Source: Nitrosopumilus sp. K4 (lineage in GTDB: Archaea > Thermoproteota > Nitrososphaeria > Nitrososphaerales > Nitrosopumilaceae). From it: a stretch of DNA of 32,000 nucleotides. Where the stretch lies: assembly GCF_018128925.1 (NCBI RefSeq), contig NZ_CP067007.1, forward strand, positions 628,164 through 660,163, written 5' to 3'. Below, piece by piece: positions 22,533 to 31,600 of the stretch. Within the stretch, counting starts at the first letter, position 1, and each line of letters starts with the position of its first letter. Under the pieces are notes generated by a model, which did no database searches, was not told the DNA's origin, and was given only the letters and a program-made list of their open reading frames with translations. Both the position numbers and the translations under genes were made by a program.

Positions 22533-23633
22533 TTATCCAAAAGTGAACGTGAATATTTGAAATCCTGGGCTGCGTACTTTGATTTCTAAGACGTGAGTAG
22601 ATGAATCATTGCTCTCTATTATGTTGTATAATCCTGGCTCGCTTACTGTGATTTTATTTCCTGTTTGCATGTCTTTTCCTGCATGCTGAGATGGTAATGG
22701 TTTTCCGTCAAGGAATATCTCCAATTCTCCATAATTTGCCGTGACAATATTGACTTGTTTTGCATTAAACTGTAATTTTATACTGCCCGTTTCTGAAACT
22801 AACTCCATGCTGTCTTGAAGATTTTTCCAATCTCCTATTGGATAGAATTTATGTAAATCGATTTTTTCAGGTTCATTATATGACACTGTTTGTTCTTTAA
22901 CAAACCCCTCGCCACTTCCTAATTGATTTCTTCCTTGTGCAAACTTATATCCGAAATACAGTTCTGGCGTTCTAAATATAGTATGTTCGAACTCTTCAAT
23001 GTTCACAAGTGCTTTATCTGTTGCAATTTGCATTCCTAATGACTGTGCTCTCTCTTCTAACAATTCTTGGATAATTTTTTCTGTTTCTTGATATGCCCCT
23101 TCCCCTATGTGATCATATCTGATGTATCCTTCATGATCTGCAATGTATTTTCTTGGCCAATATCTATTTTCAAATGCTTTCCATGTCTCCATTTCGTTAT
23201 CCATTACTACTGGATATGAAATCCCATGTTTGTCAATTGCCATCTTAACATTGTTTGGATCTTTTTCAAATTCAAATTCTGGTGAATGTATTCCTATAAT
23301 CAATAATCCTTCATCAGAATATTTTTCATTCCATGCAGTAATGTATGGTAATGTTCTAACACAATTAATACAACTATAAGTCCATATGTCATACAAAATT
23401 ACCTTGTCTTTCATTTGCTCTTTGAGTTTTTCTGGAGTTGTATTGAGATAATGAGCAATACCTACAAGATCTGGTGCTTTCTTAAACCCTGATTTGTCTA
23501 TTGTACCATCTAGATTTTCAATTATTGTAGCACTTGGTTTTGTATCTAATGATGAAAACACAGTACTTAGTATAATTACTGCCACTACGATTCCTACTCC
23601 GAACATAATTGATGTTTTAATTTCTGACTTCAT
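22533..23633 (-). CDS. Membrane-anchored thioredoxin-fold thiol:disulfide oxidoreductase with extra C-terminal beta domain (DipZ C-terminal-like)
   Basis: 366 aa. N-terminal TM helix. Redoxin domain with a CINC active site (YDIWTYSCINCVRTLPY...IGIHSPEFEFEK). The roughly 170-aa C-terminal domain resembles that of mycobacterial DipZ. Confidence 0.8.
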   Translation of the reverse strand: MKSEIKTSIMFGVGIVVAVIILSTVFSSLDTKPSATIIENLDGTIDKSGFKKAPDLVGIAHYLNTTPEKLKEQMKDKVILYDIWTYSCINCVRTLPYITAWNEKYSDEGLLIIGIHSPEFEFEKDPNNVKMAIDKHGISYPVVMDNEMETWKAFENRYWPRKYIADHEGYIRYDHIGEGAYQETEKIIQELLEERAQSLGMQIATDKALVNIEEFEHTIFRTPELYFGYKFAQGRNQLGSGEGFVKEQTVSYNEPEKIDLHKFYPIGDWKNLQDSMELVSETGSIKLQFNAKQVNIVTANYGELEIFLDGKPLPSQHAGKDMQTGNKITVSEPGLYNIIESNDSSTHVLEIKVRSPGFQIFTFTFG

Positions 23634-23637
23634 TTGA

Positions 23638-24396
23638 TCACCCTAAAAACAACAATTCGTTGAGAAGTGGAAAGTTTGCAATATATGCAATTTGATTCGT
23701 AAATACTAACACGCCTAAAATTATGATAAATCCACCTAAAATTAGATTGTAATATTTCAGATGTCTACTCATTGCTCTGATTACTCTGTTTGCCCTTGAG
23801 TAGAATACTCCTATTAGAATAAACGGAATTCCTAATCCTAATGAGTATGCAAGAAGTAGATTGAATGCAACTGATGGCGTTGTTGCAGCCAATGTAAGTA
23901 TGGTTCCTAAAATAGGACCAACACAAGGAGTCCAACCTGCAGCAAAAGCTAATCCAAATACAAATGACATTGGATAACTAGCCTTTGATCTTTTTGGAAA
24001 AAACTTTTTTTCAACATTTAATCTGTTTATTTTTGTAGATAACAACAAAAAGACACCAAAACCAACAATGACTATTCCTCCCACTTGGTTTAGTATTTCG
24101 GTTAATTCTCCTGCCGAACTTGACAGAACGCTGTTGATGATCACCCCCAATGTTGAAAATACTACGGAAAAACCAAGTACAAAAAATATTGAATTTAAAA
24201 CAATGTTTGCACGGTTAATTGAAATTGTTTTTGTCCTTGATTCTTGATTTAATTCAGTTAAGGTGGTGCCTGAAATATATGCCAGGAATGCTGGAATCAT
24301 TGGCAAAATGCATGGCGCAACAAATGATCCTAATCCTGCTAGTGCAGCAACTGCAAAGGTAATTTCTGCCATGCTATGGTTCTTCAAATTTTGCAT
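23638..24396 (-). CDS. ccdA: CcdA/DsbD-family transmembrane thiol-disulfide electron transporter
   Basis: 252 aa, polytopic. Conserved Cys in FVAPCILPMIPAFLAYISG and in GWTPCVGPILG. Confidence 0.85.
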   Translation of the reverse strand: MQNLKNHSMAEITFAVAALAGLGSFVAPCILPMIPAFLAYISGTTLTELNQESRTKTISINRANIVLNSIFFVLGFSVVFSTLGVIINSVLSSSAGELTEILNQVGGIVIVGFGVFLLLSTKINRLNVEKKFFPKRSKASYPMSFVFGLAFAAGWTPCVGPILGTILTLAATTPSVAFNLLLAYSLGLGIPFILIGVFYSRANRVIRAMSRHLKYYNLILGGFIIILGVLVFTNQIAYIANFPLLNELLFLG

Positions 24397-24448
24397 TAAA
24401 GGCTTATTCCAAATTTGTCCCCAATTGCATTTCGTTTTTATCTAGGGT

Positions 24449-24568
24449 ATGCTGAAATTTGATATGAATAAACGATTTGTCATAGTCGGTATTGTTTTAG
24501 GCATTATTGTTACTGCTGCAGTTCTTATAGGATCCCCTATGTTTGGCGGATTTGATATGAGCCGATAA
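24449..24568 (+). CDS. Candidate small membrane protein (39 aa)
   Basis: Hand translation gives MLKFDMNKRFVIVGIVLGIIVTAAVLIGSPMFGGFDMSR, with one TM helix. Below the ORF-track cutoff. Confidence 0.25.
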   Translation: MLKFDMNKRFVIVGIVLGIIVTAAVLIGSPMFGGFDMSR

Positions 24569-24590
24569 TTTTTTTGTGTGTTTGACACAT

Positions 24591-25718
24591 TCAAATTTTG
24601 AATTTATTTGATGCGCTATCAAATACCGATAACGCAGTATCTATGTCTTTTTCTGATAACCATGATGTAACTGATATTCTTAATCGTGCCTGATCTTTTG
24701 GAACAGTCGGATATCTGATTGGTTGTGCAAATATGCCTCTTTTGAATATATATTCGCCAAATTCCATTGCTTTCTTTTCATTTCCGATAATCAGTGGAAT
24801 TATTTGACTTTGTGATTTTATCTCATATCCGATTTGTTTTAGCCCGTCAGATAGTTTCTTTGTATTTGATAGTAATTTTTTTCTGTATTTTTCTCTGTTT
24901 GATTCTAATTTATTTAGCGAATAATCTATCAAAAAAGATGGCAATGCCGATGTATAGATAAATGATTTTGATCTGTTTATGCAATAATCAATAACGTTTT
25001 TTTGTGAACAAATGTATCCGCCAAAAGATCCTAATCCTTTACTAAGACTGCTAATGTATATGTCAATTTTTTTTGAAACATTGTAATGATTTGCTGTTCC
25101 TTTTCCGTCTTTGCCAAAAACAAAATCTCCATGTGCATCATCTAATATCGTAATTGCATTTGATTTTTGTGCAACCTCTGTTATTTGATCTAATTTTGAA
25201 AAATCCCCGTCCATGCTAAACACTCCTTCTGTAATCACAAACTTGTTTTTTGCATTTTGTTTGAGTTTTTTTTGCAGATCATCTATATCATTATGATTGT
25301 AAATTATGATTTTAGCTCCTGATAATTTACATGATTCAATTATGCTTGCATGATTTAATTTATCACTAAGTATGATGTCTCCTTTTTTTGCAACTGCCGA
25401 AATTGTTCCCAAATTTGCCATATATCCTGTTGGAAACACTAGGGACTCTTGTTGCGATTTGTGTTTTGCAAGTTTTTTTTCTAATTTTTTGTACGTTTCA
25501 TCGTTTCCTGAAACAAGTCTTGAACTTGATTGCATTTGCTTTATTTGCGTTTTTTTTGAGGGTATCCCCAAATAATCATTTGAGCAAAAATTCAGCAGTT
25601 TTTTTCCATTAATTGTAACATGTGATCCCTCTGATTTTACATACTTTAGTTTTCTGTGTAGGTGGTTTCTTTTAATCTGGTCTAATTCTTTGTCTATGAA
25701 TTTCAGTTTAGGCTTCAA
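24591..25718 (-). CDS. bioF: 8-amino-7-oxononanoate synthase
   Basis: 375 aa. Class II aminotransferase with PLP-lysine motif SLSKGLGSFGGY and DDAHG. Overlaps the bioB stop by 11 nt. Confidence 0.88.
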   Translation of the reverse strand: MKPKLKFIDKELDQIKRNHLHRKLKYVKSEGSHVTINGKKLLNFCSNDYLGIPSKKTQIKQMQSSSRLVSGNDETYKKLEKKLAKHKSQQESLVFPTGYMANLGTISAVAKKGDIILSDKLNHASIIESCKLSGAKIIIYNHNDIDDLQKKLKQNAKNKFVITEGVFSMDGDFSKLDQITEVAQKSNAITILDDAHGDFVFGKDGKGTANHYNVSKKIDIYISSLSKGLGSFGGYICSQKNVIDYCINRSKSFIYTSALPSFLIDYSLNKLESNREKYRKKLLSNTKKLSDGLKQIGYEIKSQSQIIPLIIGNEKKAMEFGEYIFKRGIFAQPIRYPTVPKDQARLRISVTSWLSEKDIDTALSVFDSASNKFKI

Positions 25719-26688
25719 GGCCTATCTTTTTTATCATCTCGATGTCTTTTTCTGCATTATTTCCACCCATTGTGAGATAACCTGATGTGATGATTCCGTT
25801 TGCTCCGCTTTGTAACAATTCTTCTCCTGAATCGTCCAAATTGGTTTCGCGACCTCCAGAAATTTTAATCACGGATTCTGGTAGCAAAAATCTGATCACT
25901 GAAAACATCCTGATTATTTCTGATTTTGGCAATGGTGTTTGTAATTCTAATGGCGTTCCAGGTATTGGAACCAAAATGTTTATTGTGACTTCTTCGGGAA
26001 ATAATGCAGCAAGTTCTATTGTAAGCTCTAGTCTTTGTTTTCTTGTTTCTCCAAGTCCTATGATGCCTCCGGTACAGAGCTCCAATCCTGCATCTCTTGC
26101 AATTCTTAATGTCTTTATTCTATCATCATAGGTGTGAGTTGTACAAATTTCTGCAAATTTTGATTTTGCAGTCTCTAAGTTGTGATTGTATCTCTTAACC
26201 CCCAGTTGTTTTAGTTTTTTTGCTTGTTCTTGTGTAAGAAACCCTAAACTGCATTCTACACTAATTCCTACTTTTTGATTAATTTCATTAATGATTATGC
26301 ATACTTTTTCAAAATCCTTCTGAGATGGCTCTCTCCATGCTGCAACCAAGCAGTATGATTCAGCGCCATCTTGTTTTGCTACCCGTGCTCTTGATACAAC
26401 TTCTTCAGGTGTTGGTAATTGGTATGTTTCAACACCTGTATCAAAAAATGCAGATTGTCCACAAAATGAACAATCCTCACTACATGCGTTTTTCTTGATA
26501 TTGTTTAGTTCTTCTACGTCTACTTTATCTCCATTAAAATCACGTGTAATTTCATTTGCTGCTCTTGCAAGATCTGAAATATTCTCATCTGGAACTTCAA
26601 ACAATCTTTGTACGTCTTCAGCAGATATGCCCGTTCCAGAAAATACTTTTTCTTGACATTCTTTGATAAACTCTTTTGCAGAACTCAT
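25708..26688 (-). CDS. bioB: Biotin synthase (radical SAM)
   Basis: 326 aa. CSEDCSFCGQ is the CxxxCxxC radical-SAM motif. YNHNLET and GGIIGLGE motifs are present. Confidence 0.95.
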   Translation of the reverse strand: MSSAKEFIKECQEKVFSGTGISAEDVQRLFEVPDENISDLARAANEITRDFNGDKVDVEELNNIKKNACSEDCSFCGQSAFFDTGVETYQLPTPEEVVSRARVAKQDGAESYCLVAAWREPSQKDFEKVCIIINEINQKVGISVECSLGFLTQEQAKKLKQLGVKRYNHNLETAKSKFAEICTTHTYDDRIKTLRIARDAGLELCTGGIIGLGETRKQRLELTIELAALFPEEVTINILVPIPGTPLELQTPLPKSEIIRMFSVIRFLLPESVIKISGGRETNLDDSGEELLQSGANGIITSGYLTMGGNNAEKDIEMIKKIGLEA

Positions 26689-26732
26689 CTGATTATTTTT
26701 TAGAAAATTCCCGTTAAATAAGATATTGGAAA

Positions 26733-26763
26733 GGTTAACCTTGGTTACTGAAGGGGGTTAACA
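26733..26763 (-). promoter_or_regulatory. Dyad-symmetric candidate operator, TGTTAACC-N15-GGTTAACC on the gene strand, upstream of bioB (BirA-operator-like)
   Basis: The plus strand reads aGGTTAACC-ttggttactgaaggg-GGTTAACAc. It overlaps the bioA stop and is about 10 bp upstream of a TATA-like cttatttaa box located 27-35 nt before the bioB ATG. A third GGTTAC lies in the spacer (26743-48). Confidence 0.45.
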
Positions 26764-28077
26764 CAGTAGGTGTTTTTTGGCATTTTTTATGGTCAAAATG
26801 GCCTTTGAGATTAGAATGCTTAACTCCTTCTCAGATATTGCCAATGGAGGTACAAGCATAACGATATTTCCTAACGTCCTGAGATAAATCCCGTTTTTCT
26901 TTCCCGTTTCATAAAATATCTTGTTGATTGATTTTTTTGGGTGGATTGGCATTTTTTTGGCCCTGTCTTGAACCAGTTCTATTCCCATCAGCATTCCTTT
27001 GTGCCTGATATCGCCTACAATATCGATTTGTGAAATCTCATCATAGTATTTTTCAAATATTTTTGATGTTTTCTGAATTTTTTTAATCAAGTTATTTTTC
27101 TTATACAATTTGATGTTTTCATTTGCAACAGCAGCTGCCAAGGGGTTTCCTGTATATGTGTGACCATGAAACAAATGTTTCCAATCGTTAAACTCTCCTA
27201 AAAATGAATCATAGATTTTCTTACTTGCAAGGGTAGCTGCCATTGTTAGGTATCCTCCAGTTAACATCTTGCCATATGCCACAATATCTGGTGAACTTTT
27301 TTGACTTGTATACTCCGTCATAGATCCAAGGCGGCCAAATCCTGTTGCTATCTCATCAAGTACTAAAAGGACATTGTATTTCTTACAGAGGTTACTGATT
27401 TTTTTCTGGAAATCTTCTGGATAAATTATAACGCCTCCTGCAACTTGTGCGCCACTTTCCATTACAAATGCTGCAATGTTGTTATCATTTGATAGATGTG
27501 CTTCAATTTTGTCTAAGCAGAAATTTTGATAATCAGACAGTGTGTAGTTTTTTGGAATTCTGTATTTGTTCGGAACTGGGATTTGTATTGTAGAGAATAG
27601 TTGTTTTTTAAATTTACCAAAAAATTCTGGAACATATCCTACTGCCATGGCACCAAATGTGTCTCCGTGGTATCCATTTTCTAATGTAATGATCTTTGTT
27701 TTTTTCTTTTCTCCTAGGTTGTGCCAATATTGTAATGCGAGTTTGAATGAAATCTCCATTGCAGACGACCCATTGTCTGAATAAAACACCTTGTGCATCC
27801 CAGGCGACAACTTTACAAGAGAATCTGCTAGTTTTTCAGCAGGCTCATTTGTAATGTTAAACATTGAAGAGTGCTGGAGTTTCTTTGTTTGATTGTTGAT
27901 TGCCTTGACTAGTTCTGGCTTTGAATGCCCCCATACGTTGCACCACATTGAGGCTACAGCATCAATCATTTTGTTGCCTTTAGAATCAACTAGCCACATT
28001 CCTTTGGCATTTGTTATTTTGTCAAACGAACTCCATTCTTTCATCTGAGTGTTTGGGTGCCATACAGAACTTTTCAA
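26758..28077 (-). CDS. bioA: Adenosylmethionine-8-amino-7-oxononanoate aminotransferase
   Basis: 439 aa. Class III aminotransferase with VLDEIATGFGRLG and the N-terminal VWHP motif typical of BioA. Confidence 0.92.
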   Translation of the reverse strand: MKSSVWHPNTQMKEWSSFDKITNAKGMWLVDSKGNKMIDAVASMWCNVWGHSKPELVKAINNQTKKLQHSSMFNITNEPAEKLADSLVKLSPGMHKVFYSDNGSSAMEISFKLALQYWHNLGEKKKTKIITLENGYHGDTFGAMAVGYVPEFFGKFKKQLFSTIQIPVPNKYRIPKNYTLSDYQNFCLDKIEAHLSNDNNIAAFVMESGAQVAGGVIIYPEDFQKKISNLCKKYNVLLVLDEIATGFGRLGSMTEYTSQKSSPDIVAYGKMLTGGYLTMAATLASKKIYDSFLGEFNDWKHLFHGHTYTGNPLAAAVANENIKLYKKNNLIKKIQKTSKIFEKYYDEISQIDIVGDIRHKGMLMGIELVQDRAKKMPIHPKKSINKIFYETGKKNGIYLRTLGNIVMLVPPLAISEKELSILISKAILTIKNAKKHLLC

Positions 28078-28148
28078 CTGATTTAGTGTGTTTTTTGAAC
28101 TTAATAATCAACCGAAGAATTAATCAATAAAATACCTTGACTTAGATC

Positions 28149-28832
28149 ATGAAATCTCTGTTCATTGCAGGCACAGATACTGATGTTGGTAAAACATACA
28201 TCGCTTCTGGTCTGGCAGTTGCTTTTCGAAAGATGGGTCATGATGTTGGTGTGATGAAGCCTTTTGCCGCAGGAACTGCTCAAAAAAAGGGATTTCAATC
28301 CGAAGATGTTGAGATTTTATCAAATGCCGCACAAGTAAAAGACCCAGAAAATTTAGTCAATCCTCAATTCTTCCCAATACCTGCCTCGCCTTACACTGCA
28401 TGGAAGAATCTAAAGATAAAACCCAAAATTTCTACGGTTTTATCAAATTTCAAAAAACTCTCAAAACTACATGATTTCATACTTGTGGAGGGAATGGGAG
28501 GTGTGATGACTCCTATTCTAAAAGATTACCATGTCGTAAATTTGATCAAAGATATGAAAATCCCTACCGTGATTGTAACAAGAAGTAAGATTGGAACGGT
28601 AAATCATACGATTATGACTATAGATGCGTGTAAGAGATTCAAAATCCAGATCAAAGGTATCATCATAAATAATTTTGATGGTGATGGTTATAACATCAAA
28701 GAACTAAAACGAGATTTGCAAAATCTTACAGATGTCAAAGTTTTAGGTTCGATTCCATTCATAGATGATATGAGTGATTTTTCATTAAATAAAATTTTCA
28801 AGAAAAATCTTGATTTGAAATCATTAATGTGA
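28149..28832 (+). CDS. bioD: Dethiobiotin synthetase
   Basis: 227 aa. N-terminal P-loop FIAGTDTDVGKT and EGMGG motif. Divergent from bioA across a 71-bp spacer. Confidence 0.9.
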   Translation: MKSLFIAGTDTDVGKTYIASGLAVAFRKMGHDVGVMKPFAAGTAQKKGFQSEDVEILSNAAQVKDPENLVNPQFFPIPASPYTAWKNLKIKPKISTVLSNFKKLSKLHDFILVEGMGGVMTPILKDYHVVNLIKDMKIPTVIVTRSKIGTVNHTIMTIDACKRFKIQIKGIIINNFDGDGYNIKELKRDLQNLTDVKVLGSIPFIDDMSDFSLNKIFKKNLDLKSLM

Positions 28833-28836
28833 AAAA

Positions 28837-29391
28837 TTAAACCCGCAAAATTTTAAACTTGTTTTGACCCTGAACATTTACAAACTTTGCTATATCAAAA
28901 ATTATGTCTGCAAATGAATTTTCATCTTTCCCAATAATGTATGTTTTGTTCTTAACATCTTGTTTTTCTGACAATACTAGCCATATGTTCTGTGTTTCAG
29001 ATTGGATTTTTTTTAATTGATGTATTTTTTGAATAATTTGATCTCTGTTGTTTGTTTTGGGGATGCATATGATAAGCGTCTTTTGACTGTCTTTTTCTAA
29101 TGTCTTTACATCTGGAATTACAATGTCTAATTCGATTCCCTGGCACTCTATTTTTCTTTGACTGGTGATCAATGCATTTGTTAAAAGATAATGAAGTATC
29201 CCTGTTGCTAAAATTCCTAATGCTTTGTGTTTTTCTTCTATTGCTATTGCTTTATCATAACAATTCATCATGATGTCATTTATGATGTCGGAGAATTTTT
29301 GTTCTGAAACTAATTTCTGAATTTTTTGCTCTGATTTTGAAATATATTCAAATAGAAAATCCTTTACTGGATTTGGCTCTTCTTGCATCAT
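28837..29391 (-). CDS. Hypothetical protein translationally coupled to HMG-CoA synthase
   Basis: 184 aa. Its ATG overlaps the HMGCS stop (ATGA). No family recognised. GIELDIVIPD...KTLIICIPK is faintly reminiscent of a PD-(D/E)xK-type beta-strand pair, which is speculative. Confidence 0.6.
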   Translation of the reverse strand: MMQEEPNPVKDFLFEYISKSEQKIQKLVSEQKFSDIINDIMMNCYDKAIAIEEKHKALGILATGILHYLLTNALITSQRKIECQGIELDIVIPDVKTLEKDSQKTLIICIPKTNNRDQIIQKIHQLKKIQSETQNIWLVLSEKQDVKNKTYIIGKDENSFADIIFDIAKFVNVQGQNKFKILRV

Positions 29392-30782
29392 TCGTTGAAT
29401 ACGTAGCGTCTTTCGCCTCTAGACTCTACATCTGTCTTTACATTAACTAAGACAAACTCATGTTTTGGATTTAGTTTTGATTCTTCTGGAGATAGTTTGT
29501 TTTCATGCAGTTCCTCATATTCATCTAATGTAAGTTTTCGTCTGTCTCCAATCTCTGCTTCAAGATTCATGTTCTTTACAATTTCTTCGTATTCTGGTTG
29601 TACTAACCCACTAAACACCATTGCACTACTTCCACTTCCATAAGATCCGAACCCTATTCTCTTTCCATTTAGATCAATTCCTTTTTGATATTCAAATTCC
29701 AAACTACTTCTAAATCCAAGGTATAGTGATGCAGTATACAAATTACCAATCATCTTTGATGCAATTAGTGAACTTGCAAGTTTTGCTTCATAAACTTCTT
29801 GGAACTCTGGTGTTTTAGTAAACAATTTTGTAAATTCGTGGTCTTTTGCCATGAACTCTTGGTCTCCTAACACTGATTCAATTGTTCCTCGTGGATCTTT
29901 TGGAACTGGTTCTTCCATCCCTATACTCTGAATGATGTTCTTCCATCTTGGCAATTGTCTCCATTCGTGTCTTACAAGATATGCTAATGCTTTTTTACCC
30001 ATGTTGCTATATGGCAAGTGCATGTTAAGATAGTCAATATGATCCAAAATTGTTTCACCTGATTCTAACTTCATCAATCCAGTAGCCAGTACTTTTTTCT
30101 TGTATGCTTCCAGTGCTTTTCTTACTTGAATCATGTAAAGCAAATTGGAATATTGACCATGAACGATTGGCGTTTCTTTTCCAAATGGTCTGTAAAAATC
30201 ATATTCATCTTTGATTGATGTTGATGTTACTTTGGGATCAAATGCCAATAATCTTGGTTTGTCATTTAGAAGCATTGCAACAGCTCCTGCACCTTGCGTC
30301 ATTTCGCCACTAGAACCCATGTCGTATTTTGCAATGTCTGACACCACGACTAGAGCACTTTTTCCTTCTGCCTCTCCTGCTCTAATCCAATTAGTATTGT
30401 CATATAGTGCATAAGAGCCACTCACACAAGCAAATTTTGTCTCTACACCACCACAATGCTCAAATGCCCCTTGTCCATAAACTTGCTCTAACATTCCAAT
30501 TACATAGGAGTTCATTGCTTTTGATTCGTCAAATGATGATTCAGTTGAAACATACAGTCTACCTATGTCTTCTGGAGATAGTTTGTTTTTTTGCATAATT
30601 TTCAAGCATGCATTTGCAGCTAAAATTGCAGGATCTTGATTTGTATCAACAATTGCCATCTGCACCACTCCTAGACCTTTTTGCAGTTTCTCAGGGTCTA
30701 GCCCTCTTGCCTTTGCAAAATCTGCTGCATCTATGTAGAGTCTTGGTATGTAAATTGCAATGTCGTCAATTCCAGCTGCCAT
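29388..30782 (-). CDS. Hydroxymethylglutaryl-CoA synthase (long form, 464 aa)
   Basis: Thiolase-fold initiation-condensing enzyme. STESSFDESKA..., catalytic Cys context ETKFACVSGSYAL, and HGQYSN region. Confidence 0.9.
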   Translation of the reverse strand: MAAGIDDIAIYIPRLYIDAADFAKARGLDPEKLQKGLGVVQMAIVDTNQDPAILAANACLKIMQKNKLSPEDIGRLYVSTESSFDESKAMNSYVIGMLEQVYGQGAFEHCGGVETKFACVSGSYALYDNTNWIRAGEAEGKSALVVVSDIAKYDMGSSGEMTQGAGAVAMLLNDKPRLLAFDPKVTSTSIKDEYDFYRPFGKETPIVHGQYSNLLYMIQVRKALEAYKKKVLATGLMKLESGETILDHIDYLNMHLPYSNMGKKALAYLVRHEWRQLPRWKNIIQSIGMEEPVPKDPRGTIESVLGDQEFMAKDHEFTKLFTKTPEFQEVYEAKLASSLIASKMIGNLYTASLYLGFRSSLEFEYQKGIDLNGKRIGFGSYGSGSSAMVFSGLVQPEYEEIVKNMNLEAEIGDRRKLTLDEYEELHENKLSPEESKLNPKHEFVLVNVKTDVESRGERRYVFNE

Positions 30783-30895
30783 TAAGCTTGCCTCCGTCTA
30801 TTCACATAAAAGGATATTGAGCTAATTCTATCTTACTCTCCAGGCAACTTTTTGGATATTTTGCTTCAATTTTTTCAAATTGATCGATATTTTTA

Positions 30896-31600
30896 CTAAT
30901 TTTCCAGCATGGAATTGAAAATTTTCTCAAATTGTGAATATGGCTGTGCCCCGAAGATCTTTGTAACTTTGTTGTCTGGACCGATCACAAAAAATGACGG
31001 AGTTCCAGTTAATCCCAATGCCTTTGCATCATTGTTGCTTGCAAGAATTATTTGTGAATGCTTCGAATTTGTCATGCATTCAGACCATTCATCCATATCG
31101 AGACCTACTTCTTGTGCAAATTTGAACAAATTATCTGATGACGCCCATCCGTTATTTTCTCCATTCCAATTGTTGTATAGTATGTCATGGTATTCCCAAA
31201 ACATCCCTTGATCATCTGCGCAATGAGCCCCATGTGCTGCAGTAACTGAATCTGGACCGATTATTGTGTAATCTTTGAAAACCATCTTTACTTTACCCGT
31301 TTCAACAAAATTTTTCAGGATACTCCCCTCAGTATTGTGGAAAAAAACATTACAAAAATGACATTGATAGTCACCAAATTCTACAAGGGTGATTGGTGCA
31401 TTTGGATTGCCCAAAACAGGCGAAGTGTTTTCCAAAAATGTAGCCATTGTGATCTTGGGTGGTCCTGCTTCTTCGTTAGTTGGTGTTTGTTCCATGACTA
31501 ATTCCTTTTGGTCTGCAAAATTTCCCATTACAAAAAATGTAGCGATTATTATTCCAGCTGTAATTCCTGCACCAATTCCTACAGAAGGACCATGAATCAA
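30896..31600 (-). CDS. DsbA-family thioredoxin-fold oxidoreductase, membrane-anchored
   Basis: 234 aa. N-terminal TM helix. FGDYQCHFCNVF is the CxxC active site. GTPSFFV is the cis-Pro loop region. Confidence 0.82.
   Translation of the reverse strand: MIHGPSVGIGAGITAGIIIATFFVMGNFADQKELVMEQTPTNEEAGPPKITMATFLENTSPVLGNPNAPITLVEFGDYQCHFCNVFFHNTEGSILKNFVETGKVKMVFKDYTIIGPDSVTAAHGAHCADDQGMFWEYHDILYNNWNGENNGWASSDNLFKFAQEVGLDMDEWSECMTNSKHSQIILASNNDAKALGLTGTPSFFVIGPDNKVTKIFGAQPYSQFEKIFNSMLEN

Noticed and set aside
28078-28148. BirA-type operator in the bioA/bioD divergent spacer
   Set aside because: Only weak AT-rich direct repeats are present (TTAATAATCAA / TTAATCAATAA). There are no TGT(A/T)AACC half-sites.
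28101-28298. 65-aa minus-strand ORF
   Set aside because: It is antisense to the well-supported bioD N-terminus and spans the bioA/bioD promoter spacer.
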